NCBI GenBank assembly: GCA_049999805.1
Contig: JBNGIO010006224.1
Location: 234,361 to 298,360, forward strand
Length of the DNA stretch: 64,000 nt
Source of the DNA: Folioceros fuciformis
Lineage: Eukaryota
Direction: 5' to 3'
Made by a program: the position numbers and the translations under genes. This document shows positions 12,286 through 26,999 of this stretch, piece after piece. Numbering within the stretch: position 1 is the stretch's first letter; each line of letters starts with the position of its first letter. The notes below the pieces were generated by a model. The model had not been told where the DNA came from. It searched no databases and was given only the letters and a program-made list of their open reading frames with translations.

Positions 12286-14832
12286 ATGGCGGTGTTGGAC
12301 GCTGTTGTTGATACTCCCATGGAGGGGGAGACGGAGACGTTTGCCTTCCAGGCCGAGATCAACCAGCTTCTGTCCCTCATCATTAATACCTTTTACAGCA
12401 ACAAGGAGATCTTCCTGCGGGAGTTGATCAGCAATGCTTCTGATGTAAGTGACTCGTTTGCATGGTGTGTGTTTGGAGTTTGGTTACGTCTGCCTCGTCT
12501 CCTGTTGTGTTGGTTTCGTACAGTAGATCTGATCCGTCTGTTTTTCTTACCGGGAGTGTTCTGACTAACTAAACTGTGGAGCGGAAGTCTGACACTGGGC
12601 CCTCGTGTGACCTCGCCGCAGGCTTTGGACAAGATCCGGTTCGAGAGTCTCACTGACAAGAGCAAGCTGGACTCCCAGCCGGAGCTCTTCATTCATCTTG
12701 TTCCTGATAAGAGCGGCAAGACCTTGACTATCGTCGATAGTGGTATCGGAATGACGAAGAACGGTGAGTAAAGCGCTTTTCGTTACGTAAGAACGCTCTC
12801 GTGCCCTTTTCTGACTGGCAGGATGATTCCGACTTGTCCTCTGTCGTCTTTCTGCAGACCTCGTGAACAACCTTGGAACGATCGCTCGGTCGGGAACCAA
12901 GGAGTTCATGGAGGCACTCGCTGCCGGCGCGGACGTCAGTATGATTGGGCAATTTGGAGTAGGGTTCTACTCAGCTTACCTCGTTGCTGACAGGGTGGTC
13001 GTCACCACGAAACACAACGATGACGAGCAGTACGTTTGGGAGTCACAGGCCGGTGGCTCCTTTACTGTGACCAAGGATGCTAGTGGTGAACAGCTGGGGC
13101 GCGGAACCAAGATTACTCTGTTCTTGAAGGAAGACCAGGTAAAATGTGAATCCTGTTAATGTAAAATGTGAACTTCTGCTGGTCTGTACGATGTCTTGGG
13201 CGGATTGACACTTCTGTTGTTGGGCGAGCTTTGTACGTCTTTGCCTAACACTTTCTGTGGTCCCATAATATGCAGTTGGAGTATTTGGAAGAGAAAAAGG
13301 TCAAGGACCTGGTGAAAAAGCATTCGGAGTTCATCAGCTACCCCATTTCCTTGTGGACCGAGAAGACCACCGAGAAAGAAGTTTCAGACGACGAAGAAGA
13401 AGACGCCGAAGAGAAAAAGGACGAGGAGGGCAAAATAGAGGAAGTGGATGAGGATGAGAAAAAGGATAAGAAGAAGAAGAAGGTGAAGGAAGTTTCTCAC
13501 GAATGGAGTCTCGTCAACAAGCAGAAGCCCATCTGGATGAGAAAGCCAGAGGAGATCACTAAGGAAGAGTATGTGGCTTTCTATAAGAGTCTGACCAATG
13601 ACTGGGATGATCACCTTGCAGTGAAGCATTTCTCTGTCGAGGGACAGCTGGAGTTCAAGGCGGTGCTCTTCATTCCCAAGCGTGCACCCTTCGACCTCTT
13701 TGACACCCGAAAGAAGCTGAACAACATTAAGCTTTATGTGCGTAGAGTGTTCATCATGGACAACTGTGAGGAGATCATCCCTGAGTATTTGGGTTTCATC
13801 AAGGGCGTGGTGGATTCTGAGGACTTGCCTCTAAACATTAGCAGGGAGATGCTGCAGCAAAACAAAATCCTGAAGGTTATCCGGAAGAATTTGGTGAAGA
13901 AGTGTCTTGAATTGTTCACAGAGATTGCTGAGAACAAGGAGGAGTATGCCACCTTTTACGAGGCCTTCGCGAAGAACCTCAAGCTGGGAATCCATGAAGA
14001 CAGTCAGAATAGGGCGAAGTTAGCGGACTTCTTGAGGTACCATTCCACTAAGAGTGGTGATGAAATGACCAGTCTCAAGGATTATGTCACTCGTATGAAG
14101 GAAGGTCAAACTGACATCTATTATATAACTGGAGAGAGCAAGAAAGCGGTGGAGAATTCTCCTTTCCTGGAGAGGTTGAAAAAGAAGGGATATGAGGTTC
14201 TCTTCATGGTAGATGCCATTGATGAGTATGCCGTTGGTCAGTTGAAAGAGTATGACGGGAAGAAGCTGGTCTCTGCTACCAAGGAAGGCCTGAAGCTCGA
14301 GGAGTCTGAGGAGGAGAAAAAGGCCAAAGAGGAGAAAAAGGCGAAGTTCGAAGTTTTGTGCAAGACTGTGAAGGATATTCTCGGTGATAAGGTAGAGAAG
14401 GTGGTTGTGTCCGATCGTATCGTTGATTCTCCTTGCGTTCTTGTCACTGGCGAGTATGGTTGGAGCGCGAACATGGAAAGGATTATGAAGGCTCAGGCTC
14501 TGAGGGATAGTAGCATGTCCAGCTACATGTCCAGCAAGAAAACAATGGAGATCAACCCTGAGAACGCGATCATGGAGGAACTGAGAAAGCGTGCGGAGGT
14601 GGACAAGAACGACAAGTCTGTGAAAGATTTGGTTCTACTTCTGTTCGAGACGGCCCTTTTGACCTCTGGCTTCAGCTTGGATGATCCCAATACCTTCGGC
14701 GGGCGCATTCACCGAATGCTGAAGTTGGGATTGAGCATTGACGACGAGGGTGTTGCAGATGTTGACGCTGACATGCCTGCTCTTGAAGATGATGCCGACG
14801 CTGAAGGAAGCAGGATGGAGGAGGTAGATTAA
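12286..14832 (+). CDS. HSP90: Cytosolic HSP90, canonical (4 exons)
   Basis: Exons 12286-12444, 12622-12763, 12858-13138, 13276-14832. [34 protein letters not shown]; ends MEEVD. Confidence 0.98.
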
Positions 14833-15586
14833 ATAGCTGGCTTGCTAAGTAGCGCAAGCAAATTTTTATCTCGGTGGGTGAGGATGGGATATTGAGTCAT
14901 TGGATCGGGGTTAGGAAAGTTGTTCCTTAGGTTACGCACGGGCAGTTTTAGTATTTCGCCCGTATGTGATTGTCGAATGCTGTTGAATATTGATCGCAAT
15001 TTCTGTCATGTGGGGCAAGGGCCTGAACATGTCTGTTGTCCGGTTACCGAGGGTCTGCAATGACTTAAACTGGCAAATGTAGCGAATTGTTACTTAACGT
15101 TGTACTAACACCATTACTCTGTAAAATTTGAAACCAATGCCCAAACTTGATGGTGGAAATAACATTTTCTTAAGTCTATAACAACCGTGAAGATTAACCA
15201 ACTCCAATCACTCTCATGTACAAGCATGACGGAGAGAAACATACAAATCGACCTACACCACCTACTGTCGTATACAGTGGAACAATCTCGAAAGTTACAG
15301 CTCCCAACAACAAGCATTCCTCGCAAACCTCGCATCTGCACTGGAAGACTGACGTTCCAAACTACCTCTCCGGTGTTGCAATTTAAAGTACGACTCTTTC
15401 TCTCATGCACACACGCTAATGATGTAAATTATGGCGTTCCGCTTATAACAGAATACTTCCCGCAAATCACGCGTCTTGGTACCTCGACTTCATTGCGAGA
15501 AGCGACACTTCAGAAAGCACGCTGCAAGTTACAAATTTGAGGAACTCAGCTGACACTGCTGCAACAATACGAGTCTCACAAGTATG

Positions 15587-16848
15587 CTACTCCTTTCCAT
15601 TTTCAAAATAACAAGAAAGGGGAAGGGGTCCTTGCGCCTCGGCGTCCAATTGGCCTTCGCTACTAGGACTAGGAGATTCTTTCCTCCTTGTCTTCTGCTT
15701 TTTCTCCCTTTTGTCTCTCCTGGACTTCCGTCTCTCCTTGCGGGACGTGTCTTCAGAACTCGAGGAGTCCACATCTGATTCGGAATCACTTTTTGATCTA
15801 TGCCTCTTGCTCGATTTCTGAGAGAGAGCGGCCAACTTAGTCTTCTGCCGATATACTAAACTCTACCCATCCGTAACCAAACGCAATGCATCTTTAAGAA
15901 CTCTACTGCCTACGGCCTGTAAACAAGCTTGTTAGAATTGGGACAAACACAGAGAAGCATTGGACTAACCTTCTTCTTCTTGCCTAGCCGACTTCTCTCC
16001 CTCTCCTTCTCTCTATCTTTATCTCTCTCTCTCTCCTTCTCCCTATCCTTTTTGCCCAAACCTTCATAAAGACATCTTAGTGTACTGCCAAGCTGACAAT
16101 AGCCAACAAACCAGACGAGAGATACTACAATACAGATGCACAGTATCCAACACAAGTACCTTTCCTTAACTTTTCACGCTTGTCAACGTGATTTTTGCCT
16201 CGAGCAAGTTTGCTTGCTCGTTCGGCGTCAAGCTGGGCCCTGTACTCCCTCATCAGACGAGCTTCATCATCTTCTAGTTCCCCTTGCTTCTTTGCCTCCT
16301 CCTATAACCAGGCGATGACAGTCAGTAGACATGAATAAAAACATACCTCAATTCTGAATTCAGCTAGTTCCCGAAAGATCCAGTCACCTTCTGTTTCTGC
16401 TTCCACTCTTCCCATGTGACAGTATGTGACGTTTGCAGGCTGGCAAGACGAGCGGCATGCCACTCTGGTGAATGAAAAGATCCGTCCATCTGCGACTGCC
16501 TTTGTCAGTATCAATCCATGCCACGAACCCCACCCTTTTCCATTCACAATTAGAATCAGAATCAACTGACTTAGTTTCCAAAGGTTAGTCTAGAGGATTC
16601 CAGAATCAAAAAAGCTTAGTTTCACAACAAACTCAACTCACAACGATCCACAAGGCAGCTGTTGCACGTGAATAAAAGCGTGCACACCCCAAGATCCTCA
16701 AAATCATCAGGTGCTCCAAAAAAACAATTTCACAAGATGTAGGAAGGGTACACACCATGCCGTCATCAATGTCATCTGGACCGCCAGCAGCGGTATGCGA
16801 TGCCATTTTGGCCCGCTGCATAGACTTGTAGGCCTGATTCTTCCCCAT
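15587..16848 (-). CDS. Conserved plant Lys/Arg/Ser-rich nuclear protein (FAM133-like), 5 exons
   Basis: Exons 16848-16756, 16489-16388, 16301-16160, 16061-15970, 15844-15587 splice in frame: MGKNQAYKSMQRA..DGSFHSPEWHAARLASL..TWEEWKQKQK..REYRAQLDAERA..GPLPLSCYF. The family name is from memory. Confidence 0.85.
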
Positions 16849-18336
16849 CCTGACTTCAATCAAGGGCAGAAGCGGATGAACCTCGCGAGCCAGAACGCCG
16901 GCACACAATATCATAAACAGCTTCCTGCTCCGTCACAGTAATCCATGGCCGAAAATCCACTCGCAAGTTGATTTCAGCCAAAATCCGCCCTTATCTGTTC
17001 TTGTCCACAAGCCATCGGCAGCGCGAAAACACTGTTCCAGGTAAAATCTGCGCGGTTCCGGGTTCCGCACTAAATCAATGTCACCACCTGGTGGAAACCT
17101 CTCCCGCGACGACCAGTCCAATGAAACGGCCCCCTTTCGAAGCTCCTCTGCATTTCCAGCACCGCTCAACCTTGATCCAAGTAACCAGCACCTGCCGGCG
17201 CACTTGCCCGCCAAGAGTGCCTGTGTCGCAACAAAATCCAACCCTAGACCACTCTAGGCATGCGAAAGAATGACCTGCACGACCCGCCCTCCCATCCAAG
17301 CGAGCTCAACTCCAAACCCCGGTTCGTCAACCTCGCAGACCACCGGCTCTTGCTTCGTAACACTCTATTTCGTTTCGTCGGCAGGATGGCGCCGGGTCCC
17401 ACAGGATACAACCACGCCGGGGCCCTTGAATGCACCTCCGCAAAATGGTTTGACCGAGCTGAAATGCGCCGGCAGTAGGACCGCTCGGGCGCGAGAGCTT
17501 GATCCCACGACAGGAACAGCACACGGTCACGATCCGCAAGTGAGGTATGGGATAGCAGGCAGGATGCCACGATTTGGACGCAACTGATGATCCGGCGACG
17601 ATGAGTGCGAACCAGGCTGCCTCGCCTCACCACGGCAAGCCAGTCCAACCACCCGAGATATGAGGAACGTCAAAGAAACGTCTTAAACCTCGTCATAGAA
17701 ACGCCATTCCAGCAAACACCGTGCTCATGACAGCATGAAAGGTGGGATGCCGTGGTCCTGCGCTGTCCCTTTCTCTTCTTGCTGTTGCACCAAGCCAAAA
17801 CGCTTGGATGTCCGAGCTAGCAGGCTGCTCCTGTCGCTCGTTCTCAACGGGTTTTTTTCAATTAAGTGTTCCGCAGATAGGAAAGGTCTTCTTCAGGTAG
17901 ACTTCCTTTGCTGTAGCTGTAGCTGTAGCTGTAGCATCCCATCTCTTTTAAAAGTTTTTATTCGTATAGAATTAATTTCAAACTTCTTACATAATATCAT
18001 GTACATTACGGTGCTTATTGCTAGTTGTCCAACAAGCTGTACCATTCATGTTCAGGGCTTTGATTTTTTATCAGGCCTCCAGATTATTTGTCGATGTAGT
18101 TTTTCAAAGCACATGCTAATGAAGCTCCCTCAGGGGGCTCGTTTCTCACCGGCTGGTTGGATGTCTTTAACTGACTCCGTTCTCTGCTCAAGCCGATCTC
18201 CCGGTGGACGGTGAAGGAGATGCCGGTATCCTCTGGGGACTGAGAGAGGAAGGGCGGGCTTGGGTCCTGCGAGCTCTAGGATTACAGCGGCCGAGTGCTC
18301 ACAGGGCACGGCGGCTGGCCTTTCACGGCAGGCGAA

Positions 18337-21300
18337 ATGAGGAAGAAGGTGGATCAGCGGATACGGACGCTGGTCGAGAATGGAGTTAAAACTCGGCACC
18401 GCTCGCTTTTTGTTGTGGTCGGGGACAAGGCCCGATATCAGGTCCATCGACCATCTTCTGATTGTGTTGTTCTTGCGTAATTGGGTTTCTGGCGTTCAGA
18501 AGTGCCCTCATTTTGTGGAATTTAGGTGTTCGTTTCTGGGGAAGGTAACTCATGAAGGTGAATGATGTGTTGTGGGTGTGTTAGTCTCTGATTCTTGATG
18601 TTCTTGCAGGTCGTGCATTTGCACTACATGCTAACGAAGGCTGTAGTGAAGGCCAGACCGTCGGTATTATGGTGCTACAAGAAGGACCTTTTTCTGAGCA
18701 GGTTTGTGTGTCTGTCTGTCTCTCACGTTTTGGAGCTGTTCCATTCATGTGCCTGCGTTTCTAGTGAGCAGTATGATTTGTTCTGAAGCCCCCTTGCTGG
18801 CGAATTTCAGTCACAAGAAGAAAAGAATGAAGCAGGTGAAAAAGATGATGAAGACAGGGCAATTGGTTGATGCAGAGACTGAAGACTCCTTTGCCCTTTT
18901 CATGGCGAGTTCAGACATCCGCAACTGCCATTATTCTGAGACTCACAAAATACTTGGCCAAACGTTCGGGATGTGTGTTCTGCAGGTCAGAGTGTGAAGT
19001 CTGATTGTCGCCCCGTTTTGGATTTTTGTTTCTCTCTGTTGCAGCATGTCCCTTTTTGGGAAATGCAGTTGCTGAGTGCTAGTGCTCTTTGAAGCTCAGG
19101 ACTTTGAGGCTTTGACACCAAACCTTCTTGCTCGCACCATCGAAACTGTAGAGGGTGGTGGGATCATCATACTCCTCCTCAGCACTCTGTCTTCCCTGAC
19201 CAGCCTGTACACGATGGTCATGGTCAGCATCACTCCTTCGCCGCAGCTCTGTATTGTTGGAAGCATTCACTCATCTCCGTTGCTCACCTTTCCACTCATT
19301 TCCAGGATGTACACGAAAGGTTCCGCACTGAGGCACATGGAGATGTGATTGGTCGGTTCAATGAACGCTTCACTCTGTCACTGGCCTCTTGCCAGAATTG
19401 CATTGTTATGGACGACGAGCTCAACATTTTGCCTATCTCTTCGCATATGCGGTCCATCGAACCTCGTCCCACTGTAGAGGTATCTCTTTTCATGAAGTTG
19501 CTTGTAATAATTTTCGGTTGTAGTGTCTGCCTCCCTCTAATACTTGAGGCTCGAAATTGCAGGGAGAGGAAGGTCTTACAGAGGCAGAGAAGGATCTGAA
19601 GGACCTTAAAGAGTCATTGAGGGACACTCCACCCTTAGGTCCTCTGGTTAGCAAATGTCGGACATGGGATCAGGTACAAGTGTTTCAGTCCTTGCTCTCC
19701 ACTTCTAGCTGCTCGTGATTTCCGTAGGCTCCCTGATCAATCTCACTTAACTGCAAGCCTCTGTAAACTCAGAGCTAAGTATATGTCACAGGACTCACGA
19801 CAGGTGCCTGTCTGTCTGTCACACAGGCTACTGCAGTTATCACCTTTCTCGATGCAGTCTCAGAGAAGAATTTGAGAAGTACGGTTGCATTAACTGCTGC
19901 AAGAGGACGTGGCAAGTCTGCTGCACTAGGAGTTGCTGTGGCAGGGGCAGTTGCTCTCGGGTTTGGCTCTATACTAGCTTACTTGGTCATAGCTCCTGGA
20001 GAATGCAAATGCAAGACAAATCGGCTTCTTTGTTTAATCGTGTTTTATGGCACAGCTACTCAAATATCTTTGTCACAGCTCCTAGTCCAGAAAATTTGAA
20101 GACACTCTTTGAGTTCGTCTTCAAGTCGTTTGATGCCCTTGAGTATAAGGTAAGCCAGTTCAGCTTTCCAATTCAGTAGTTCTGGTTGTGGTTGTCACAG
20201 AACATCAGAAAGGTTTCTTGCTCTCAATGTGGCCCTCAATGCTCCTCCTCCCTTGGAATCTGCAGGAGCATATTGATTATGATGTGGTGGCAAGTACAAA
20301 TCCAGCCTTCAACAAGGCCATTGTCAGAGTTAATGTGTTTCGTCAACACCGCCAGACAATCCAAGTATGTGCTTTAGACAACTGTTTCCATGCTCATTGA
20401 GGGATGGATTTACCTTTTTGTTTTCAGCTGAGATGGGGTGAGGCATTGAACTCATGTAAGTTGGTCTCTGCAGTACATTCAACCACAGGATCATGCAAAG
20501 TTATCTCAAGCAGAGTTGTTAGTAATAGATGAAGCCGCAGCTATTCCTTTACCAATGGTGAAGGCTTTGCTAGGGCCATATCTGGTGTTCCTATGCTCCA
20601 CGGTCAATGGGTATTGCCAGTTTTCCTTTTTTCTGATTGTTTCCACGAATTGTCATTTCTTAGAGACCAAGTTTGGCTGCTGCATGGCTGGCAATGTTTG
20701 AACTGAAACACATTCCAGGCAAAGTTGGTCTTGCCGATTGCTGGGGATTGTTGGGAGTACGGATTCGGAATTGCTAACTTGAGTTCATTGCAGATATGAA
20801 GGGACTGGTAGGTCGCTGTCTTTGAAGCTCATTCAGCAACTTCGGGAACAGGGTCAGACACTTGCTGCCAATGACGGGGCTGTGTCAGGTTTGTTCTGGA
20901 CCTCACCACAATGTATCCAGAATGGTCTTGTCAGTTCTTCCTTTGAAACCATGGTTTTGACATGCTACATGCAGGTAGGGTCTTCAAGGAGGTGCAGCTA
21001 GCTGAGCCTATCAGATATGCAGACGGTGATCCAGTGGAAGCGTGGTTGCATGGACTCCTTTGTTTGGATGCCTCCAATCACATCACTAAAATTGAGGGCA
21101 GGTGGGAGTTGGTTCTTCTCTTGCTGCCTTGTGTTGGGAGAGGTGACTGGCAAGGGTTACACAGAGCTCACATAGTGACCGGAGTGCAGTTTCTAAGCAT
21201 GAGTAACCTCTAACAAGTGGAATTGTCTTGGACGTGCCCTCCAGATTGCCTCACCCAAGCGAATGTCAACTGTGTTATGTGAACCGTGATACTCTATTTT

Positions 21301-24230
21301 CGTATCACAAGACTAGTGAAATTTTCCTTCAGGTGTGTGGGCTAGTTGATTTGGTTCCCACAAGTCTGGGCTACTAGTTACAGGGTGTTTCTCATGGATT
21401 CACCTCTCTGTCTTTCTTTGATTTTTGTCACAGCGAATGGTGGCACTGTATGTTGCATCACACTACAAGAATACGCCAAATGACTTGCAGTTAATGGCAG
21501 ATGCCCCTGCACACCATCTTTTTGTCCTTTTGGGTTAGTGTCCATTCAAATTATTGCATTGTCTACGTGTGTGAACCTTGTTCAGAGTATCAATAACCAT
21601 TGACACGTGCAACTCATTATGTAGGTCCGGTGGATGAAACAAAAAGCCAGATGCCAGACATTTTATGTGTACTTCAGGTCCGTGGTTTGAAGGCCAGTTG
21701 TTGGACTTTCATACTTGCCACGTGCTTGAAATCATTCTGATCTCGGATGGTCACATGACCCGGATACTCAGGTTTGTCTAGAGGGTGCCATTTCCAAGCA
21801 GTCAGCCATGAGGAGCTTAAGCCAGGGCAATCAGCCGACAGGAGATTTGATTCCTTGGACAATCAGTCAGCAATTTCAAGATTCTGTTTTCTCAGGGCTT
21901 TCGGGTGCCCGGATCGTACGAATTGCTGTTCATCCAAATCTGTTCAGGGTGAGCTAAAACTCGGTTTCATGCTTGTTAGTATTACTTGTAACACCATGTA
22001 CTCATGGTTGCCTTCGTTTCTGTGCAGGCTGGCTATGGCTCTGTTGCTGTCAAACTTCTCACGAGGTGAGATTGCTTGAAAGAATTGTCACGTCAGGTGT
22101 TACCTTGCAGGTGACATGGCTGATTATCACCTTCATTTGCAGATACTATGAGGGACAGATGACAGATCTGAATAAAAGAGATGAAGTCGAGACAGAAGTC
22201 AGAAAAGATCCTGTGAACGTCACAGAGGCAGCTGCTGAGGTCAGGCAGTTGTGTTTCTTCGTGATTAGGAATATTGCTGTTTGACCACTGTACTTCGTGG
22301 TCCTGCAGTTCTGAGGTGGTGCCTCTTGTGAGTTTGTGATAGGTGACTTACCCAAAGTCTGGACACTGTTTTATTTCAGGTATTACTCCGGAAAGAACAG
22401 CTCAAGTCACGAAAAGACTTGCCTCCTTTACTAGTTAGGCTGGATGAAAGGAAACCTGAGAAAGTCCACTACATCGGTGTCTCGTTTGGAGTGACTCAGT
22501 CGCTGTATAATTTTTGGAGAAAACTCAAATTTCTTCCTCTGTATATCCGCCAAACGCCTGTAAGTGTCTATCAGAACATGTGCAAATGCTTTTTGGGTAT
22601 GGGCCTTGAGGCATGGTCCTTACGGAAGGAAGTTGGACTCTCAGAATGAAGTCACGGGAGAACATACATGCATTGTGTTAAGAGCGATGCAGAACGATGA
22701 CATTGATACCACAAGCACAGACCCTGGTGGTTGGCTGCGAGCTTTGAATTCTGGTCTGCTTCTCCCCCAACCCTTTGTGTGGCTTAAGTCGGAACTGTGA
22801 GATATGTAGCGTTTCAGAGATTCCAGGTCTCATGGGATAGTCTTTATCTGCAGACTTTCGAAGTCGTTTTATGTCTCTACTGGGTTATGAGTTCAGGACA
22901 TTCAGCGCTGCACTGGTTCTCAGGTTTGACGATTTCCTCTGTGTTGGTGACAAGCAACTTGTTTGTATTGCGATATGTTGTGTGCTTCAACGTATTTTGT
23001 GAACTTACCGTTGCATTCAATTATGTGTGCTTTTTGCAGCGTTTTGAATCCTCAAATTGAGTTCTCTGAGCATGAAGCATTGGAAGGACCAAGTGTCCAA
23101 GGAGTTTTTGACAGTGCCCCATCCACACCCCTGACAGCTGATGACATGAAGCGGCTTGAATCATATGCCAGCAACCGCGTGGATTATGATGTGGTCTGAT
23201 CCTATATGTCACCTCCTCAAAGCGTGCCCTTATCGTTGCTGTTCTGAATGGGGTTCCGTTCTGAACTTTGCTGTGTTGCTCCAGGTTTTGGACCTCGTAC
23301 CATCCCTGACCAAGCTCTACTTTCTGGAACGGCTACCAGTCACTCTTTCTCACTCTCAAGCAGCAATACTTGTTTGTCTAGGACTACAGCATCAAAGTGT
23401 AGAGTATGTCGAGGTAATTCCATTATGAGTAACAACTTGATGGTCACCTCTTGTTTCAGTAATGCGGTAGGCTGTACATTTGTTCATCCCTCATCGGTCT
23501 GGCTGTGGTTGCAGGCCCAGCTGAAACTGCCTGTAAGTCAAATTCTTGCTCTGCTCAATAAAGCCATCAGGAAACTTTATAGACTCTTGCATAACGCAGA
23601 AGAGAGGCGAATAGGAGCAACTCTGTCAAGAGGGAAGGAGGTCCGTTTTTTTCCTTCCCACAGCTTGTTCGTGTTCCCTGTCTGCTAGATTCGTCCATGT
23701 TCCTGCTCGTGTTCTCCGTTTGTGGTTTTTTCATGAACTGTCTAGTTTTAGACCATCCACACTATCGTCCGCGTTAGCTTGTTGCTCTTGGCTTGGAAGG
23801 TGTTCATATTTTGATTTCGGTGGGTACAGGTGACAATGAATCCTCGTACTAACAGTCTGGACGAGGACCTGGTTAATGGAGCACGAGAAGTTGAGGTAAA
23901 TCTCATTCCTTTTCGTCATCGACGATGGAGGCTTCAGTCTAGTTACTGATAACACTGTATCCTCTATAATGCGTGTAGGCGAAGATGCAAAGCGTGCTTG
24001 CTCCCGAGCGGGTTCAGCATTCTGCTGCCTCTGGCTTACAGGACGGTTTTGATGAAGCCATCTCAAGGGCAGGTGGGAAGCTCCATACGACCGGTCTTAT
24101 CAGCATCAAAGTAAGCGGTGACGCGCTTGCTCCTGAAAAGAAAGGACACAAGAGGAAAGAAAATGGAGGGAGACAATCGGGCAAGAAATCAACAAGAACT
24201 CGACGGTCCGGCCATGGGGGGAGACAGTGA
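18337..24230 (+). CDS. NAT10: RNA cytidine acetyltransferase NAT10/Kre33 (about 26 exons)
   Basis: MRKKVDQRIRTLVENG start; QDFEALTPNLLARTIETVEGGG; Walker A TAARGRGKSAALG; VIDEAAAIPLP; GNAT RIVRIAVHP..AGYGS; basic C-terminal tail. Confidence 0.97.
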
Positions 24231-24782
24231 AGCTCACCAAGCAGGGGAATTTTGAGGTGAAATTTGTATACAGTTTTGGAGGCTTAGGTACTAGGAACAT
24301 CCATGGTGTTCGCGAGATGTATATGTGGGAATCATTGCCTCCCCGTAAGGATACGAAGGGCGGCCCTGTCTTTCTCGGGGCACAACAATTTTGGGTCCGA
24401 TTATCTAGGCGCAAGTACATTGTGCAAGATCTGTGCCCAAAGGACAAATCAGTCGGGACGTGATGATCTGTATCTGATCCTCCCTTTGGTGCGCAGCGCA
24501 AGAAATATACCAGGAACCGTACACAGTCCTTCGCTGCTGGGAGCGAGCTCTATTTACGTGCTAATGTCGAAGCTTGGAAACTTATTTCACTGCGTATGAC
24601 GCAAGGGAAGGCACAAGCGTAGTAGGAAATTTGGATAATTCTAAAACTGCCACCCTTCTTGGTGACTTTACAGCGGGGCACCTGACCCTGTTTTTGCTGT
24701 ACAGTTGCTCGACGCCGATCGTCTTGCGGGTCTTGCATGAAATTCAAGCAAGGAGGGTTAGAAGAAAGTTGATGGATGGCCA

Positions 24783-26588
24783 TCAAGTCAAAGCTGTACA
24801 AGCTGACTCCACAAGACTCTCCTGGGGAGGCACATCCTTGGGTAAGCCAAGGGGTGCATCCGTGCAACATGCGTTGTCCACCCTAAACAGCTCCCAGACT
24901 TTGATTCCACATCTCTCCAAAGCAGCATTGAGCCGGTCACTTTGGGTTGGATCTGGCCACTGCCCATCTGGAGTGGCGAGCACAGCACCAGTGTATGCCT
25001 GCCCAGCAGCAGCGGCAGCTCCGCTGTAATAGAAGAGCCCCCATGACAAGTCATCCGGCACATCGACAACTCGCCAGAACTCCTTGGACACGACACCGTT
25101 GTCCAGCACAGTGAAGAAGAATGTGCCGGGAGTGTCAGATGCTTTCACCCTGTAGTGGCGTCTTCGCCACACCGTCTTGCCATCCAGGGTCTTCACCTGG
25201 AAGACAGGATCGTACCACAACGAGTTCCTGGCTCGTCCCCTGTAAAAAATCTGGTACTGGCAAGGAAACTGATCGTAGGCGGCATTCTGGCCTGCTACCA
25301 CTCTCCAACTCCATCCCAGCTCCTGCACAAGACGAGGCACGTATCAGTGACGAACAGCGCGGAGGGGAGGCTTAAATGCAAACATGTTCAGTGTGAGGAC
25401 TTTGGAGTGTTGCCACCTTTAGCCAGCCGATTAGAAGATTTTCAGCCAGACTGTGAGTGAGAGCTTGTCCCTTGAACGAAGCCATAGGCTGCACACCAGG
25501 CTGCATCTGGATTTCGGCGCACAGACCTAGACAGTTGTGCTTCTGCAGAATGCAAAGAGTGAAGGCCTCCAACAGCGGGCTTTCATAAGAAACTATGCAC
25601 CTGTAGCTGCAAACCTGATCAGTGGGTGCACAGTTTTGCAAACAAGCAAGGGCTTTCCGACACCGCGGGTCCAGGAGGCATGCCAAAACTTGCGGGCCAC
25701 AGTTCTTGACCATGCATTGCACTGACTGCAGGCTCGTGGCTCTCAGATTTTGCAAGCTCTTCACGGGAGTCACAAACGCGTCGATGAGGACTAGAAGAGC
25801 AAACAAGATGTTATCGCTGCTCAGTCGATTCCATGCTTCCGAGATGATGTTCATCTTCCTCAAAGCCTCCTTCGTCTTGCTCAGGGGTAAAGCGGCTCCA
25901 ACACTCTCTACTAATCCCATATTCGAGACTTTCACGCCACCTAACCTTGATTCCAGCTCAGATCGAGACTCAAAAGCTACAAGAGTTTCAACGCCCTTCG
26001 TCACCTCGACGATCCACCTCACCGACACAGTATTTTGCACATTCACCGCAACCACGATATCTGCTTCCCTGAAAACACCTTCATGGCCAGAACCAAGCCC
26101 TCCATCGTCAAGCACCACCATATGAAATCCGCTATCCACCCATGCCAACTTGCGAGCCATATGTTTCATGACTTCCTTCCAGGGCACATCCTCCCACGGG
26201 CTAAGGCTACCACAACCGACAACTGCAGCCACAAGACGGCACTGCCTTCATCCCTCCACATACACAATCAAAAGTGAAAGGCCGGGATGGGGAACGGAGC
26301 TCAACCTGCAACCAACCTCGCCCTGGCTTCATCTGTGAAGCCGTCCCGTTGACCTGCCACCAATTCGCTGGCTACTGCGGGGGCAGGTAAGCATCTAGAC
26401 GGAGTGAGCACCCGGTGCTCGTGAGTACAAAACTGTGAATCAAACGGACGATGCCACGCTCGAACCGGCGAGCATAGCACGTAACTGGAGAACGCAGAGA
26501 AGCGGCTTTCTGGTCGCCATCTGGTAAAGTCACCATGCGCGTTCGCCGAGAGAAGATTAGAAGCAGCTGTCACACAGCTTGCCGCCAT
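24783..26588 (-). CDS. VDR: Violaxanthin de-epoxidase-related protein (VDR), plastid-targeted, 3 exons
   Basis: Transit-like N-terminus; Cys-rich CMVKNC..CLLDPRCRKALACLQNCAPTDQVCSYRCIVSYES; lipocalin-like WRVVAGQNAAYDQFPCQYQIFY and YYSGAAAAAGQAYTGAVL. Exons about 26588-26317, about 26245-25417, 25322-24783. Confidence 0.92.
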
Positions 26589-26999
26589 CCTCCTTTCTGA
26601 CTGACCGGCAACCACTCTCAAAACTCAGCTGGCCATCAAACTGGAAGTGCAGTCTTGCAGCCTTGCAAGACACTCTCGTCCAGGGATCGCAGCTGCAAGG
26701 CTCGTCAATCCCCTGTCAAGATTTTCCTCCCTCCTTCCTGCGTGCGCGCAGCAAAAGGCATCCCCTATTTTGTTGTCCATCTTTACAGAGCACGATTGGA
26801 AGCCGTTCGTTTAAACTGACTACCGAGCTTCATGAAACATCACCTCCCAGTGTCTCGAGCTCAACATACAGCCAAGGAGGAGGAAAACCAGTCCGGTCTG
26901 AGAACAGCACGTCCAGCAAATCAAAGCAACTTAGGAGGAGCCTGTCGAGGAGAGGATAGGGATGAGGTAAAAGTAAACTGTGTGGCCAAGTTCTTTTAG

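Noticed and set aside
17585-17700. TGATGA as a box C/D snoRNA near NAT10
   Set aside because: No convincing D box, terminal stem or rRNA complement identified.
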